Assembly (NCBI GenBank): GCA_002269645.1
Contig: NIVC01000772.1
Span: forward strand, 62,001 to 126,000
DNA: 64,000 bases
Reading direction: 5' to 3'
From: Macrostomum lignano
Lineage: Eukaryota
Under the pieces are notes generated by a model. That model had not been told where the DNA came from, did no database searches, and saw only the letters and a list, made by a program, of their open reading frames with translations. Shown here one piece after another: positions 13,365 through 25,160 of this stretch (the first letter of the stretch is position 1; every line of letters starts with the position of its first letter). The position numbers and the translations under genes were made by a program.

Positions 13365-14205
13365 CCTTGTCTGAGGATTTGGGATATTTTGGATCGGTAA
13401 CCGAGGATTTAAGATATTTGGAATCACTATATCTGAGGATTTGAGATATTTGGAATCGCTATCTGAGGATTTGGGATATTTGGGACCGCTGACTCAGGAT
13501 TCGGGACATCTAGGATCGCTATCTGAGGATTTGGAATATTTGGGATTGCTACGAGTTAACTGAGGATTTGGGATATTTGGGATCGCTATCTGAGGATTCG
13601 GGATATTTGGGATCGCTATCTGAGGATTCGGGATATTTGGGATCGCTATCTGAGGATTCGGGATATTTGGGATCGCTATCTGAGGATTTGGGATATTTGG
13701 GATCGCTATCTGAGGATTTGGGATCGCTATCTGAGGATTTGGGATATTTGGGATCGCTATCTGAGGATTCGGGATATTTGGAATCGCTATCTGAGGATTT
13801 GGGATATTTGGGATCGCTATCTGAGGATTTGGGATCGCTATCTGAGGATTCGGGATATTTGGGATCGCTATCTGAGGATTCGGGATATTTGGGATCCTAT
13901 CTGAGGATTTGGGATATTTGGGATCGCTATCTGAGGATTTGGGATCGCTATCTGAGGATTAGGGATATTTGGGATCGCTATCTGAGGATTCGGGATATTT
14001 GGAATCGTTATCTGAGGATTTGGGATATTTGGGATCGCTATCTGAGGATTTGGGATCGCTATCTGAGGATTCGGGATATTTGGGATCGCTATCTGAGGAT
14101 TTGGGATATTTGGGATCGCTATCTGAGGATTTGGGATCGCTATCTGAGGATTAGGGATATTTGGGATCGCTATTTGAGGATTCGGGATTGCTAACCGAGA
14201 AGTTA
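13365..14205 (+). repeat. 30/21-bp composite minisatellite (GGGATATTTGGGATCGCTATCTGAGGATTT), between the convergent 3' ends of TTLL4 and ANKFN1-like
   Basis: Direct reading; same family as 25712-26940 in the opposite orientation. Confidence 0.96.
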
Positions 14206-14472
14206 GGATATTTGGCAGAAAAGCAGGTAGCCAACCTACATTTCAAACCTACAGCTCAATAACTCACCACCCGAAAAAATGTAAAAGGCGCAGAGATAAC
14301 TGTTTAATTACAAGGCGCGAGGGGAACTGAGCACTCACAGTTTGAGCACAACTGACACACCTATTATTAATCAACTACGCACCTACAAGCCTGAGCACCC
14401 GAGACAAGAAAATGCATTAGAAAAATTGCGAGGTACAACAATGCGCATGGATTGGCCAAGGTCACCACAAGG

Positions 14473-15077
14473 TCACAGATCCAGGACGCCCGAATCGGCA
14501 GAGCTGGCCTTCAAGCCGGCATTTGGAGGCGGCGGCGAGATCAAACGGACAGCCAGCCGGCCGCTGTTCCACGGAGCCTGTAGCAGCAGCGGCCGGAAGT
14601 CCTGCGGCAGCGGCCTCTCGACGCCTTCGTCGGTGGCCACCACGAGCTCGTAGGCGGAGGCCGGCGGCGAGTCCAGGCCGGCGGTTTCCACTGCCAGCCG
14701 GCAGACGTCGCGAGCTCGAGTCGTCTGGCTAAGCGACAGAGCCAGTTCGAGGTTGTCGAATTGGACTCGGAAACTGCGAGACTGTGGCTCGGCAGCTGGA
14801 GGCGGGGGAGGCGGTTGCGCGGGTTTCAATGTGGCTACTTGCAGTAGCGAGCTGAGCGAAATGCAGCACCGACTGCCGGCCCGCCTGGAGTCGGCGATGG
14901 CGTCGGCGGTCCAGCCAGCTGCCCGGGTCATGGCCTCGGCCTGGGCCTGCAGCGCCTGGATGAGCAGGTTTAGAGTGTACAATTGTCTGCGCTAGAGTCT
15001 ACTAATAAACAGTAGTAACTGAGGAATTCCCTAACTAACTAACTAACTAACTAACTGACTAACTAACTAACTAACTG

Positions 15078-15120
<43 letters not shown>

Positions 15121-15141
15121 GACTAACTAACTAACTAACTG

Positions 15142-15220
<79 letters not shown>

Positions 15221-15221
15221 G

Positions 15222-15320
<99 letters not shown>

Positions 15321-15321
15321 G

Positions 15322-15368
<47 letters not shown>

Positions 15369-15373
15369 GACTG

Positions 15374-15404
<31 letters not shown>

Positions 15405-15405
15405 G

Positions 15406-15436
<31 letters not shown>

Positions 15437-15473
15437 GACTAACTGACTAACTGACTGACTAACTGACTAACTG

Positions 15474-15504
<31 letters not shown>

Positions 15505-15505
15505 G

Positions 15506-15561
<56 letters not shown>

Positions 15562-15633
15562 GCTAACTAACTAGCTAACTAACTAACTGACTAACTAACT
15601 AACTAACTGACTAACTAACTAACTAACTAACTG

Positions 15634-15669
<36 letters not shown>

Positions 15670-15694
15670 GCTAACTAACTAGCTAACTAACTAG

Positions 15695-15756
<62 letters not shown>

Positions 15757-15781
15757 GACTGACTAACTAACTAACTAACTG

Positions 15782-15840
<59 letters not shown>

Positions 15841-15983
15841 GACTAACTGACTAACTGACTGACTAACTGACTAACTGACTAACTAACTAACTAACTAACT
15901 AACTGACTAACTAACTAACTAACTAACTAACTAACCTAACTAACTAACTAACTGACTAACTAACTAACTAGCTAACTAACTAG

Positions 15984-16030
<47 letters not shown>

Positions 16031-16079
16031 GCTAACTAACTAGCTAACTAACTAGTTAACTAACTAGCTAACTAACTAG

Positions 16080-16125
<46 letters not shown>

Positions 16126-16215
16126 TAACTTAACTAACTAACTGACTAACTAACTAACTAACTAACTAACTAACCTAACTAACTAACTAACTGACTAACT
16201 AACTAACTAACTAAC

Positions 16216-16253
<38 letters not shown>

Positions 16254-16281
16254 GCTAACTAACTAGCTAACTAACTAACTG

Positions 16282-16324
<43 letters not shown>

Positions 16325-16325
16325 G

Positions 16326-16357
<32 letters not shown>

Positions 16358-16450
16358 GCTAACTAACTAACTGACTAACTAACTAACTAGCTAACTAACT
16401 AACTAACTAACTAGCTAACTAACTAGCTAACTAACTAGCTAACTAACTAG

Positions 16451-16501
<51 letters not shown>

Positions 16502-16526
16502 GCTAACTAACTAGCTAACTAACTAG

Positions 16527-16576
<50 letters not shown>

Positions 16577-16661
16577 TAACTTAACTAACTAACTGACTAA
16601 CTAACTAACTAACTAACTAACTAACCTAACTAACTAACTAACTGACTAACTAACTAACTAG

Positions 16662-16692
<31 letters not shown>

Positions 16693-16741
16693 GCTAACTA
16701 ACTAGCTAACTAACTAGCTAACTAACTAGCTAACTAACTAG

Positions 16742-16787
<46 letters not shown>

Positions 16788-16884
16788 TAACTTAACTAAC
16801 TAACTGACTAACTAACTAACTAACTAACTAACTAACCTAACTAACTAACTAACTGACTAACTAACTAACTAGCTAACTAACTAG

Positions 16885-16967
<83 letters not shown>

Positions 16968-17064
16968 GCTAACTAACTAGCTAACTAACTAGCTAACTTA
17001 CTAACTAACTAACTAACTAACTAACTAGCTAACTAACTAGCTAACTAACTAGCTAACTAACTAG

Positions 17065-17114
<50 letters not shown>

Positions 17115-17183
17115 TAACTTAACTAACTAACTGACTAACTAACTAACTAACTAACTAACTAACCTAATTAACTTAACTTAACT

Positions 17184-17216
<33 letters not shown>

Positions 17217-17226
17217 TAACTTAACT

Positions 17227-17267
<41 letters not shown>

Positions 17268-20200
17268 GACTAACTAACTAACCTGCAGCCTTGCAAGCCG
17301 CTCTTTAGCCGCCGCCGTCTCCCGCTGGGCCAGCGCTCTTCGCACGCTGAGCTGAGCCGCTCCGACCAGCAGATCGAGATTGGCGGAGGTGGCGCAGGCG
17401 TCGGAGAACCAGCGGCAGCTGTAGGTGAGGCCCTGCAGCTGGTCAAAGGCGGCCACCGGCAGCATCACAGTGTCAGCAGCTGCTTCCTTGCGCAGCTCAA
17501 CTGCTGAAGCCGCGAACACAGCCGTGTCCTCCCGCGCCGGCAGCAGCAGCAGGTGCGCCACACTGCCGCAGGGCTGGATCACCCGGCCGGTGAACAATCT
17601 AAGGCCCGCACGCTGACTCGCCGAGAGCTTCAGCCGGTCAGACAGTGTGTCTGCAGCTTCCGTCAGTTGGCTAATCAGCTTCATCAGTGCCGGGCACAGC
17701 GGACAAGCAACATCGTGAATTCCTCGCAGCAGCCGCATCTCCTCAGCGGTGACGTGCGCGTTCCGGCGGAGTCGAACGCTCGGCAGGCAGTTCGGCGCCC
17801 TAGCGTCGACCTCCAGGCTGAGTCGTTCGGAGGTGCCGCGGAGTCGCAAACTGCTCAAGTACAGTCCCGGCTCCTGGGCGCTTGAGATCTGATTATTGGT
17901 GTTGAAAAAAATTAACTTGTTTCTTGTTTTTAATGTACACCGACTCAAGTTCTGGATTCTTTTTCCACCTAACTTCAGCCACCCGCCCGCTTTCCTTCCC
18001 TCTCCGTACACTGACAGCCACCACCCCAGTTTTCCTTCCCTCTCCGTACACTGACAGCCACCACCCCAGTTTTCCTTCCCTCTCCGTAAACTGACAGCCA
18101 CCCCAGTTTTGCTTCCCTCTCCGTACACTGACGGTCACCCCAGTTTTGCTTCCCTCTCCGTACACTGACAGCCACCCCAGTTTTGCTTCCCTCTCCGTAC
18201 ACTGACAGCCACCCCAGTTTTCCTTCACCTCTCCGTACACTGACGGTCACCCCAACCATGATCACACCTCGGAACCTACCTGGCCGAAAACGCCACAACC
18301 TCCGCCAACAGGCGGCCTGTCAAAAGTTCGCCGCCTGACGCTACGGACGCCCATCGACAGCCGGTGGCGGTCAGCGCCGCAGCAGCTTCTTGGTCGTCGG
18401 CGGCGACCCAGCCGACCAGCAGGAGGTGCCGGCTGGTTGCAGTCAGCGGACGAGGAAACGCCAGCAGCTGCAGCTGCGCAGTTCCCGGACAGCGCGAGCC
18501 ACTCAGAGCCGTCTGCAACGCCCGACCGGCCTTGAGAATGGCGGCCCTAGCCAGCAGCTGCGGCGGCAAAGCTGTTTGATCTGCATCCTTGTCGTCGCAG
18601 ACAAGCCGCTCTAGCCTATCCAACACGGCACCGAAGCAGGGCGAGTCAGTGAGCAGCCGGGACAGCCACGGAAGCTCGCCCTGAGCACTCGCCAGATCGC
18701 AACCGACAGCCGAGTGGGGCAGGACTTCGTCTTTAGTCAGCAGCACTTTCTCAGCGGCTTCGAACCCGTGGCGCGGCTCAAGGAAGACTGCGGCGGTCAG
18801 GTAGAGCCTGTCAGGCTTGGGCCGGCGTGTCAGCTTGGAGTCGCCAAGGCCCGCGAACGAGGCGAACAGGCGGCGAAGACCGCCGGCTCTGTGATGCAAA
18901 CTCGAGTGGTGCTCCACGCCGTTGGGTTCTGGGCGGGTTGGGAGCGGGTTGTTTGTTTTCTAATTGGGGCTTGTGACCTCAGAATCTAACACGTCGTGAC
19001 CTCAGAATCTAACAGGTCGTGACCTCAATCACTAACAGGGCGTGACCTCAGAATCTAACACGTCGTGACCTCAGAATCTAACACGTCGTGACCTCAGAAT
19101 CTAACAGGGCGTGACCTCAGAATCTAACAGGCTGTGACCTCAGAATCTAACAGGTCGTGACCTCAGAAGCTAACAGGTCGTTACCTCAGAATCTAACACG
19201 TGACCTCAGAATCTAACACGTCGTGACCTCAGAATCTAACACGTCGTGACCTCAGAATCTAACACGTCGTGACCTCAGAATCTAACACGTCGTGACCTCA
19301 GAATCTAACAGGGCGTGACCTCAGAATCTAACAGGCTGTGACCTCAGAATCTAACAGGTCGTGACCTCAGAAGCTAACAGGTCGTTACCTCAGAATCTAA
19401 CACGTGACCTCAGAATCTAACACGTCGTGACCTCAGAATCTAACACGTCGTGACCTCAGAATCTAACACGTCGTGACCTCAGAATCTAACACGTCGTGAC
19501 CTCAGAATCTAACAGGGCGTGACCTCAGAATCTAACAGGCTGTGACCTCAGAATCTAACAGGCTGTGACCTCAGAATCTAACAGGTCGTGACCTCAGAAT
19601 CTAACAGGGCGTGACCTCAGAATCTAACAGGGCGTGACCTCAAAATCTAACACGTCGTGACCTCAGAATCTAACAGGTCGTGACTTGAGAATGACCTCAT
19701 GACCTCAGGATGTGAACTCAGGTTGTGACCTCAGGATGTGACCTCAGAATGTGACACGATGTGACCTTGTAATGTGAAACGATGTGACCTCACATCGCAC
19801 ATGTCAACTCACCGTCGCCATCCTGAACGCCGCGGTCTTTCAGCCAGGCGGCCAGCTCAGAGTTCAACGACACTCTCAACTGGGACACTGCGGCCAGCGG
19901 CGGAGGCGCCATCGGTCTGTCGCTGGCAGCAGCCTCGGCCGCATCCGCCTGCCACCAGGCCGACGGAACAACGTCGCCCTCGTCAGCGTAGGCGAAGCGA
20001 CTCCAGCCGGCCAACCCGAAGGCGGACACCCGTACGGACACGGGCAGACCGGACGCGAGGCCGCTGATCAAGCAGCTGACCGACGGCTGCCTGATGGCCA
20101 CTTCCCGGCTGCTCCAGTCGGCGCCGACGTCCGGCTGGCGCCAGTCGACTCGAAAAAGCGCCGCCGTTGGGGCCAACATAGCGACGTCTGTCAGCAGAGT

Positions 20201-21255
20201 GACTTGAACGGCGTCGGCCGAGACGGCCTCCACGCTGACGCTTGACGGCGGATTCGGCGGCTGCAGGAGGCGAAGGCAGGACAGGAGGGTTGCGGCGGCC
20301 TCGCTGCCGGTCTGGTCAGCCAGGCGGGAGAGATGCCGCTCCATGCCGTCCAGCGGCCGAGGGTTGTTGGCCCCCGCGGCCGACGCCTCCTGGTTGTTGG
20401 CGGACTGCAGAGCCGCTGCTGACGCCCGATGGTCGAGCAGCATGGCCAGCTCCAGCGGGCACAGCTGCAGCTCGTTGGTGCACCCAGCCAGGTGAGGCCG
20501 GCGGGACAGAATCTCGCCAACCGCACTGGCGTCGTTGGATTCCACGGCCTCGAATAGCCTGCGAGCGTCCTCCTGCAGAGTGGTGGTGACGGCTGGAGCT
20601 TCCGTCCTGCCCGGAACTGGTCGGCGAGAATGCTGCCTGGTGCTGCTGCTGCCGCTTCCGGCTACGCTTCCGGTCGCGCTTCCGGTGGAACTTCCTGATG
20701 GAGCTACTGCTACGGAGCGAAGATTTAGTTCTACATCATGATTGACACTTCCGGTTGCGCTTCCGGTGGCACTTCCGGAAATTTCAAACGCAGTTGCTAC
20801 GGAGCGAGGATTGTAGCTTCCATTCTGGCGAGCACTTCCGGCTGCGCTTCCGGTGATATCTGATGGCGCGACTACTACGGAGCGAAGATTAAAGTCTACG
20901 GCCTGGTTGGCACTTCCGGTGGCATGTCCAGAGCGAAGATCGTAGCTCCCATTCTCGCGAGCACTTCCGGTGGTGTTTATCGATGCGGCTCCTGCCTGAC
21001 GGGCACTTCCGGTGGTGTTTATCGATGCGGCTCCTTCCTGACGGGCACTTCCGGTCCAAGCGGCTGCATTGGCGGTCATCCCGTTCAGCTGCATCAACTC
21101 CCAGCTGCTTGGAAACCAGGGTGGCTGGCGCTGCTGCTGTTGCTGAGTCGCCGTCGTCAACTTCGACGTCGGGTCGACGTTGCAACTACGGCGAGTCAAC
21201 GATGACGATCTTTGATGATGCCGAAGTGGCCGGTGCTGATGCTGACGAGGTCTTG

Positions 21256-21286
<31 letters not shown>

Positions 21287-21328
21287 TAGTCTTTGTTGCG
21301 GAGCGCCAGAGGCTGGCGGCTGCTGCAT
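14473..21328 (-). CDS. ANKFN1: Ankyrin repeat + fibronectin type-III + Ras-association domain protein (ANKFN1 / wide awake-like), ~1093 aa
   Basis: Coding exons on the minus strand: 21328-19813, 18928-18280, ~17880-17283, 14991-14473. Ankyrin region LFEAVESNDASAVGEIL...TNELQLCPLELAMLLDH; FN3 PPNPPSSVSV...FRVDW...CLISGLASGLPVSVRVSAFGLAGWS...VPSAW. ANKFN1-type blocks RRLFAS...LYLTAAVF...VLLTKDEVLP...LPWLSRL and PGLYLSSLRL...PNCLPSVRLRRNAHVTAEE. C-terminal RA-like FRVQFD...TRARDVCRLAV...YELVV...ERPL. The exon 2/3 junction is ambiguous (see findings). Confidence 0.82.
15031..17282. repeat. (CTAA)n microsatellite, ~2.25 kb, with CTGA/CTAG/CTTAA variants; forms almost all of ANKFN1-like intron 3
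   Basis: Direct reading; on the transcribed strand it reads (GTTA)n starting at the donor. Confidence 0.98.
17985..18255. repeat. 37-40-bp minisatellite (CCCCAGTTTTGCTTCCCTCTCCGTACACTGACAGCCA), ~7 copies, ANKFN1-like intron 2
   Basis: Direct reading. Confidence 0.93.
18975..19685. repeat. 23-bp minisatellite (GTGACCTCAGAATCTAACA[C/G]GTC), ~31 copies, ANKFN1-like intron 1
   Basis: Direct reading; internal block duplication; TGACCT in every unit; degenerate tail to ~19790. Confidence 0.96.
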
Positions 21329-21504
21329 GGCGCTACAGTGCCGCTACATTGGTGGACAGTCAGCTGGGAGTGCCTGCTAGACCTGGCGCGGCGAAGGTTT
21401 GAGGAAGAATGCGAGGAAAGCTATAGAAAAGAGCGACTGCCAGATTAAATGCTCTGATTATTTGGGGTACATGTCAATTAGGGGTTGTGCTCACTAATAG
21501 CTAA

Positions 21505-21685
21505 TCATGGGGATTTCTCATGGGTAGCTGATCAGGGGGATTTCTCATTGGTAGCTGATCAGGGGGATTTCTCATGGGTAGCTGATCAGGTGGATTTCTC
21601 ATGGATACCTGATCAGGGGGATTTCTCATTGGTAGCTGATCAGGGGGAATTCTCATTGGAAGCTGATCAGGGGGAATGCTCACAA
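21505..21685. repeat. 27-bp minisatellite (TAGCTGATCAGGGGGATTTCTCATTGG), ~6-7 copies
   Basis: Direct reading; probably lies within a 5'UTR intron of ANKFN1-like. Confidence 0.92.
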
Positions 21686-21990
21686 GGACTACTCAAAATA
21701 CATTACGGAGATAAAGTTTTCATTTTTTCAGCAAAAAAAATTTTTTCGCTTTTGATAGTTACGAGTAAGCAGACCCAATGTTCATCTTTTGATATGTCTT
21801 ACCCTTCTTATAGCTCTATTGATATTCATAAAATTAGTATTCATAAATTCTATATCCTACGTACAACCGTACGTTGTTGCCGAAAAGAATCATAAAAATG
21901 GCACATCTCGACCCATTTTTGGTTTTATGAATCTATTTGATCATTTTTAGCTTGATGATGATTGTCAAGCTAAAAAATAAAACCTCTTAC

Positions 21991-22060
21991 CTGCTTCCAG
22001 ATTGCAGAGACAGAGAGCGAGTGAAACAGAAGAATCCAATGGTATCAGTTAGCAGCTGAA
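21991..22060 (-). other. Probable non-coding 5'UTR exon of ANKFN1-like (upstream boundary uncertain)
   Basis: Strong minus-strand donor GAAGCAG|GTAAGAG at 21990; candidate acceptors (AATAATCAG ~21454, TTTTCTATAG ~21421) lie ahead of the ATG at 21328. Confidence 0.45.
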
Positions 22061-22759
22061 TGGTATTTCACAGCATTCGGGTGTCACAATATTTTATATA
22101 AAAAGGACCGATGAGACTCAACACGAACTCAAGAAGATCTGATGAGAGAAGAGACGGACATGACAGCGGGTCAAAACTACCCCCACCTTTTAGCCCGCAG
22201 GAGTTTAATGAGAACCCGCGACAAACCCCTGCTGCTGTTTCTCTATCTCACAGCTCGCACGCAGCGAGTTGAGCTCGGCCATCTCAAAGTGTACACAGCA
22301 ACACAACCCCTGCCCCCCTAGGACTATACAGAGCCACTGCTTGAGCACAGTGTGCTTTCAATTGTTTTCCTGTCTAGCAATTCTTTTTGCTATTAGTTTT
22401 GCAGTTGGGTCTGTTTGATAGACAGAACCACATAGCCAGCCTCTCTAAGAATTAAGTACACTCTGATGATGCATATGATATGCTGTTCGTTGAACAGTGA
22501 GAATCAGATTTCAATGTTTTTTTCAAGTCCATTGCTTTTAAGATGTTTCAAACAGTTATTAATGTTTGCTGCAGCAATTGAGCACGATAAAAATGCATCG
22601 ATAGCAAAGGCTTTCATTATATTTGTTGCATAAAAAACTAGACATCGAATGTATTCACAAATTTTCTGTTAAGCCTGATAAAATAGATGAGTAGTTACAA
22701 AAGCAAACACCCGCAATTATAAAGTAACATTTGAATTACTCATATGACCCAATTCGGTA

Positions 22760-23695
22760 GGTCAATGACCCTTTTGAATCACACAAGTAGGTTAATGACC
22801 TTTATGACTCACACAAGTAAGTCAATGACCCTAATGACTCACACAAATAAGCTATCAATGACCTTTATGACTCACACAAGTAGGTCAATGACCTTTATGA
22901 CTCACACAAGTAAGTCAATGACCCTTATGACTCACACAAGTATGTTAATGACCTTTATCACTCACACAAGTAGATCAATGACCTTTATGACTCACACAAG
23001 TAGGTCAATGACCTTTATGACTCACACAAGTAAGTCAATGACCCTTATGACTCACACAAGTATGTTAATGACCTTTATCACTCACACAAGTATGTTAATG
23101 ACCTTTATGACTCACACAAGTAGGTCAATGACCTTTATGACTCACACAAGTAAGTCAATGACCCTTATGACTCACACAAGTATGTTAATGACCTTTATCA
23201 CTCACACAAGTAGATCAATGACCTTTATGACTCACACAAGTAGGTCAATGACCTTTATGACTCACACAAGTAAGTCAATGACCCTTATGACTCACACAAG
23301 TATGTTAATGACCTTTATCACTCACACAAGTATGTTAATGACCTTTATGACTCACACAAGTAGGTCAATGACCTTTATGACTCACACAAGTAGGCCAATG
23401 ACCTGACTCACACAAGTAGGTTAATGACCCTTATGATTCACACAAGAAGGTTAACGACCTTTATGACTCACACAAGTATGTTAATGACCTTTATGACTCA
23501 CACAAGTAGGTCAATGACCTTATAACTCACACAAGTAGATCAATGACATTTATGACTCACACAAGTAGATCAATGACCTTTATGACTCACACAAGTAGAT
23601 CAATGACCTTTATGACTCACACAAGTAGGCCAATGACCTGACTCACACAAGTAGGTTAATGACCCTTATGACTCACACAAGTAGGTCAATGGCCC
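22760..23695. repeat. 30-bp minisatellite (ATGACCTTTATGACTCACACAAGTAGGTCA), ~31 copies, with 120/240-bp higher-order structure
   Basis: Direct reading; sequence lines at 22861, 22981, 23101 and 23221 are identical. Confidence 0.97.
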
Positions 23696-23755
23696 CCGAA
23701 TGATACGCATAGATAAATGACCGTATGACCAAGCATGGATAACAGACAGAAATAG

Positions 23756-24049
23756 TCATTTGGCAGAGTCCCCAGTTCCGTCCACTTCCCACAGGTGAAT
23801 ATTCTTAGCCTTAACCGCTCGCATTACGCACTCCTTGTAGGATGAGAACAACGAGTCGCAGTCGTTAGTTCGCTGGCCCTGAAGAAATCTGGGAAAGAAA
23901 TCTTTAAAGCAGGCATCGTACTGCTCTTTGAGCTGGTTGCACTCGGGGCTGAGGCTGGGAACGCTGGGCAGAGTGGCTGGCAGCGAGGGCTCCGTCTGCT
24001 GCTTCTGCTTATCTGCTGTGGCCTCGCTTGTTGGCTGATTGGTTGCCAT
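23756..24049 (-). CDS. TRIAP1: TP53-regulated inhibitor of apoptosis 1 / Mdm35, a twin CX9C mitochondrial intermembrane-space protein, 97 aa
   Basis: Single exon. SLSPECNQLKEQYDACFKDFFPRFLQG...DCDSLFSSYKECVMRAVKAK has twin CX9C motifs and the family pattern ECxxLKxxYDxCFxxWF..FLxG. Confidence 0.92.
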   Translation of the reverse strand: MATNQPTSEATADKQKQQTEPSLPATLPSVPSLSPECNQLKEQYDACFKDFFPRFLQGQRTNDCDSLFSSYKECVMRAVKAKNIHLWEVDGTGDSAK

Positions 24050-24259
24050 GCAAGATTAGAGCATACCGTCCTTTCTTTGGCTATGGACTTTCTAATTAGC
24101 TGAGCATTCAGCTGAAATCAAGATTGATAAGTTCACCCGGTTAATACAGGTAGTACGAGTCTGCTTGAGAAACAGGTGCATGACTCTAAATGGCCTGTAC
24201 ATAACTCGTATGACCCATGTCAGCGACAGGTCTATGACTGAATGACCTCTGTGTCTAAC

Positions 24260-24890
24260 GTGATTATGACTCAAAAACTCTCTGTTTCTGAGATTATGAC
24301 TCAATCATCCCTCGTGTCTAACGTGATTATGACTCAATCACCTCCTGTGTCTTTGATTATGACTGAATCACCTCCTGTGTCTTTGATTATGACTGAATCA
24401 CCTCCTGTGTCTTTGATTATGACTAAATAACCCCCACGTCTTTGATTATGACTCATCATCCCTGTATCTTTGATTATGACTCAAGCATCCCTGTATCTTT
24501 GATTATGACTCAATCATCCCTGTATCTTTGATTATGACTCAATAACCCCCATGTGTCTTTGATTATGACTCATCATCCCCTGTGTCTTTGATTATGACTC
24601 AAGCATCCCTGTATCTTTGATTATGACTCAAGCATCCCTGTATCTTTGATTATGACTCAATCATCCCTGTATCTTTGATTATGACTCAATAACCCTGTGT
24701 CTTTGATTATGACTCAATCATCCCCTGTATCTTTGATTATGACTCAATCATCCCCTGTATCTTTGATTATGACTCAATAACCCCGTGTCGTTGATTATGA
24801 CTCAATAACCCCATGTGTCTTTGATAATGACTCAATCGCCCCTGTGACTTTGATAATGACTCAATCGCCCCTGTGTGGCAAGTATATGAC
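24260..24890. repeat. ~28-30-bp minisatellite (TTGATTATGACTCAATCATCCCTGTATCT), ~22 copies, between TRIAP1 and the ZNF gene
   Basis: Direct reading; ATGACTCA in nearly every unit. Confidence 0.94.
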
Positions 24891-25160
24891 TCTACGAAAC
24901 CTTTATAGAGAGGCTTCCCAAATTGCTTGACTTTCTGAAGCGTGTGTTAAAGATCCATGACTCAACGCACTACCAACCATAAGCAGGTGAGTAGAGATAA
25001 AAGATAGCGCCGTAAATAATAAATTTCGGTAATTACATAACTGTTTACTAACAGCATTAAGTCTAACTTAGTTTAATACACAATAGAATAAAAGAGATTT
25101 ACAAAAGCAGTAAAGTTATTATTAGTACATATTGCAATTAACTGTAATTAGTTAAAAGCT

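Noticed and set aside
15031-17282. (TTAG)n as an interstitial telomere
   Set aside because: The unit is not TTAGGG or TTAGG, and it sits cleanly within an intron.
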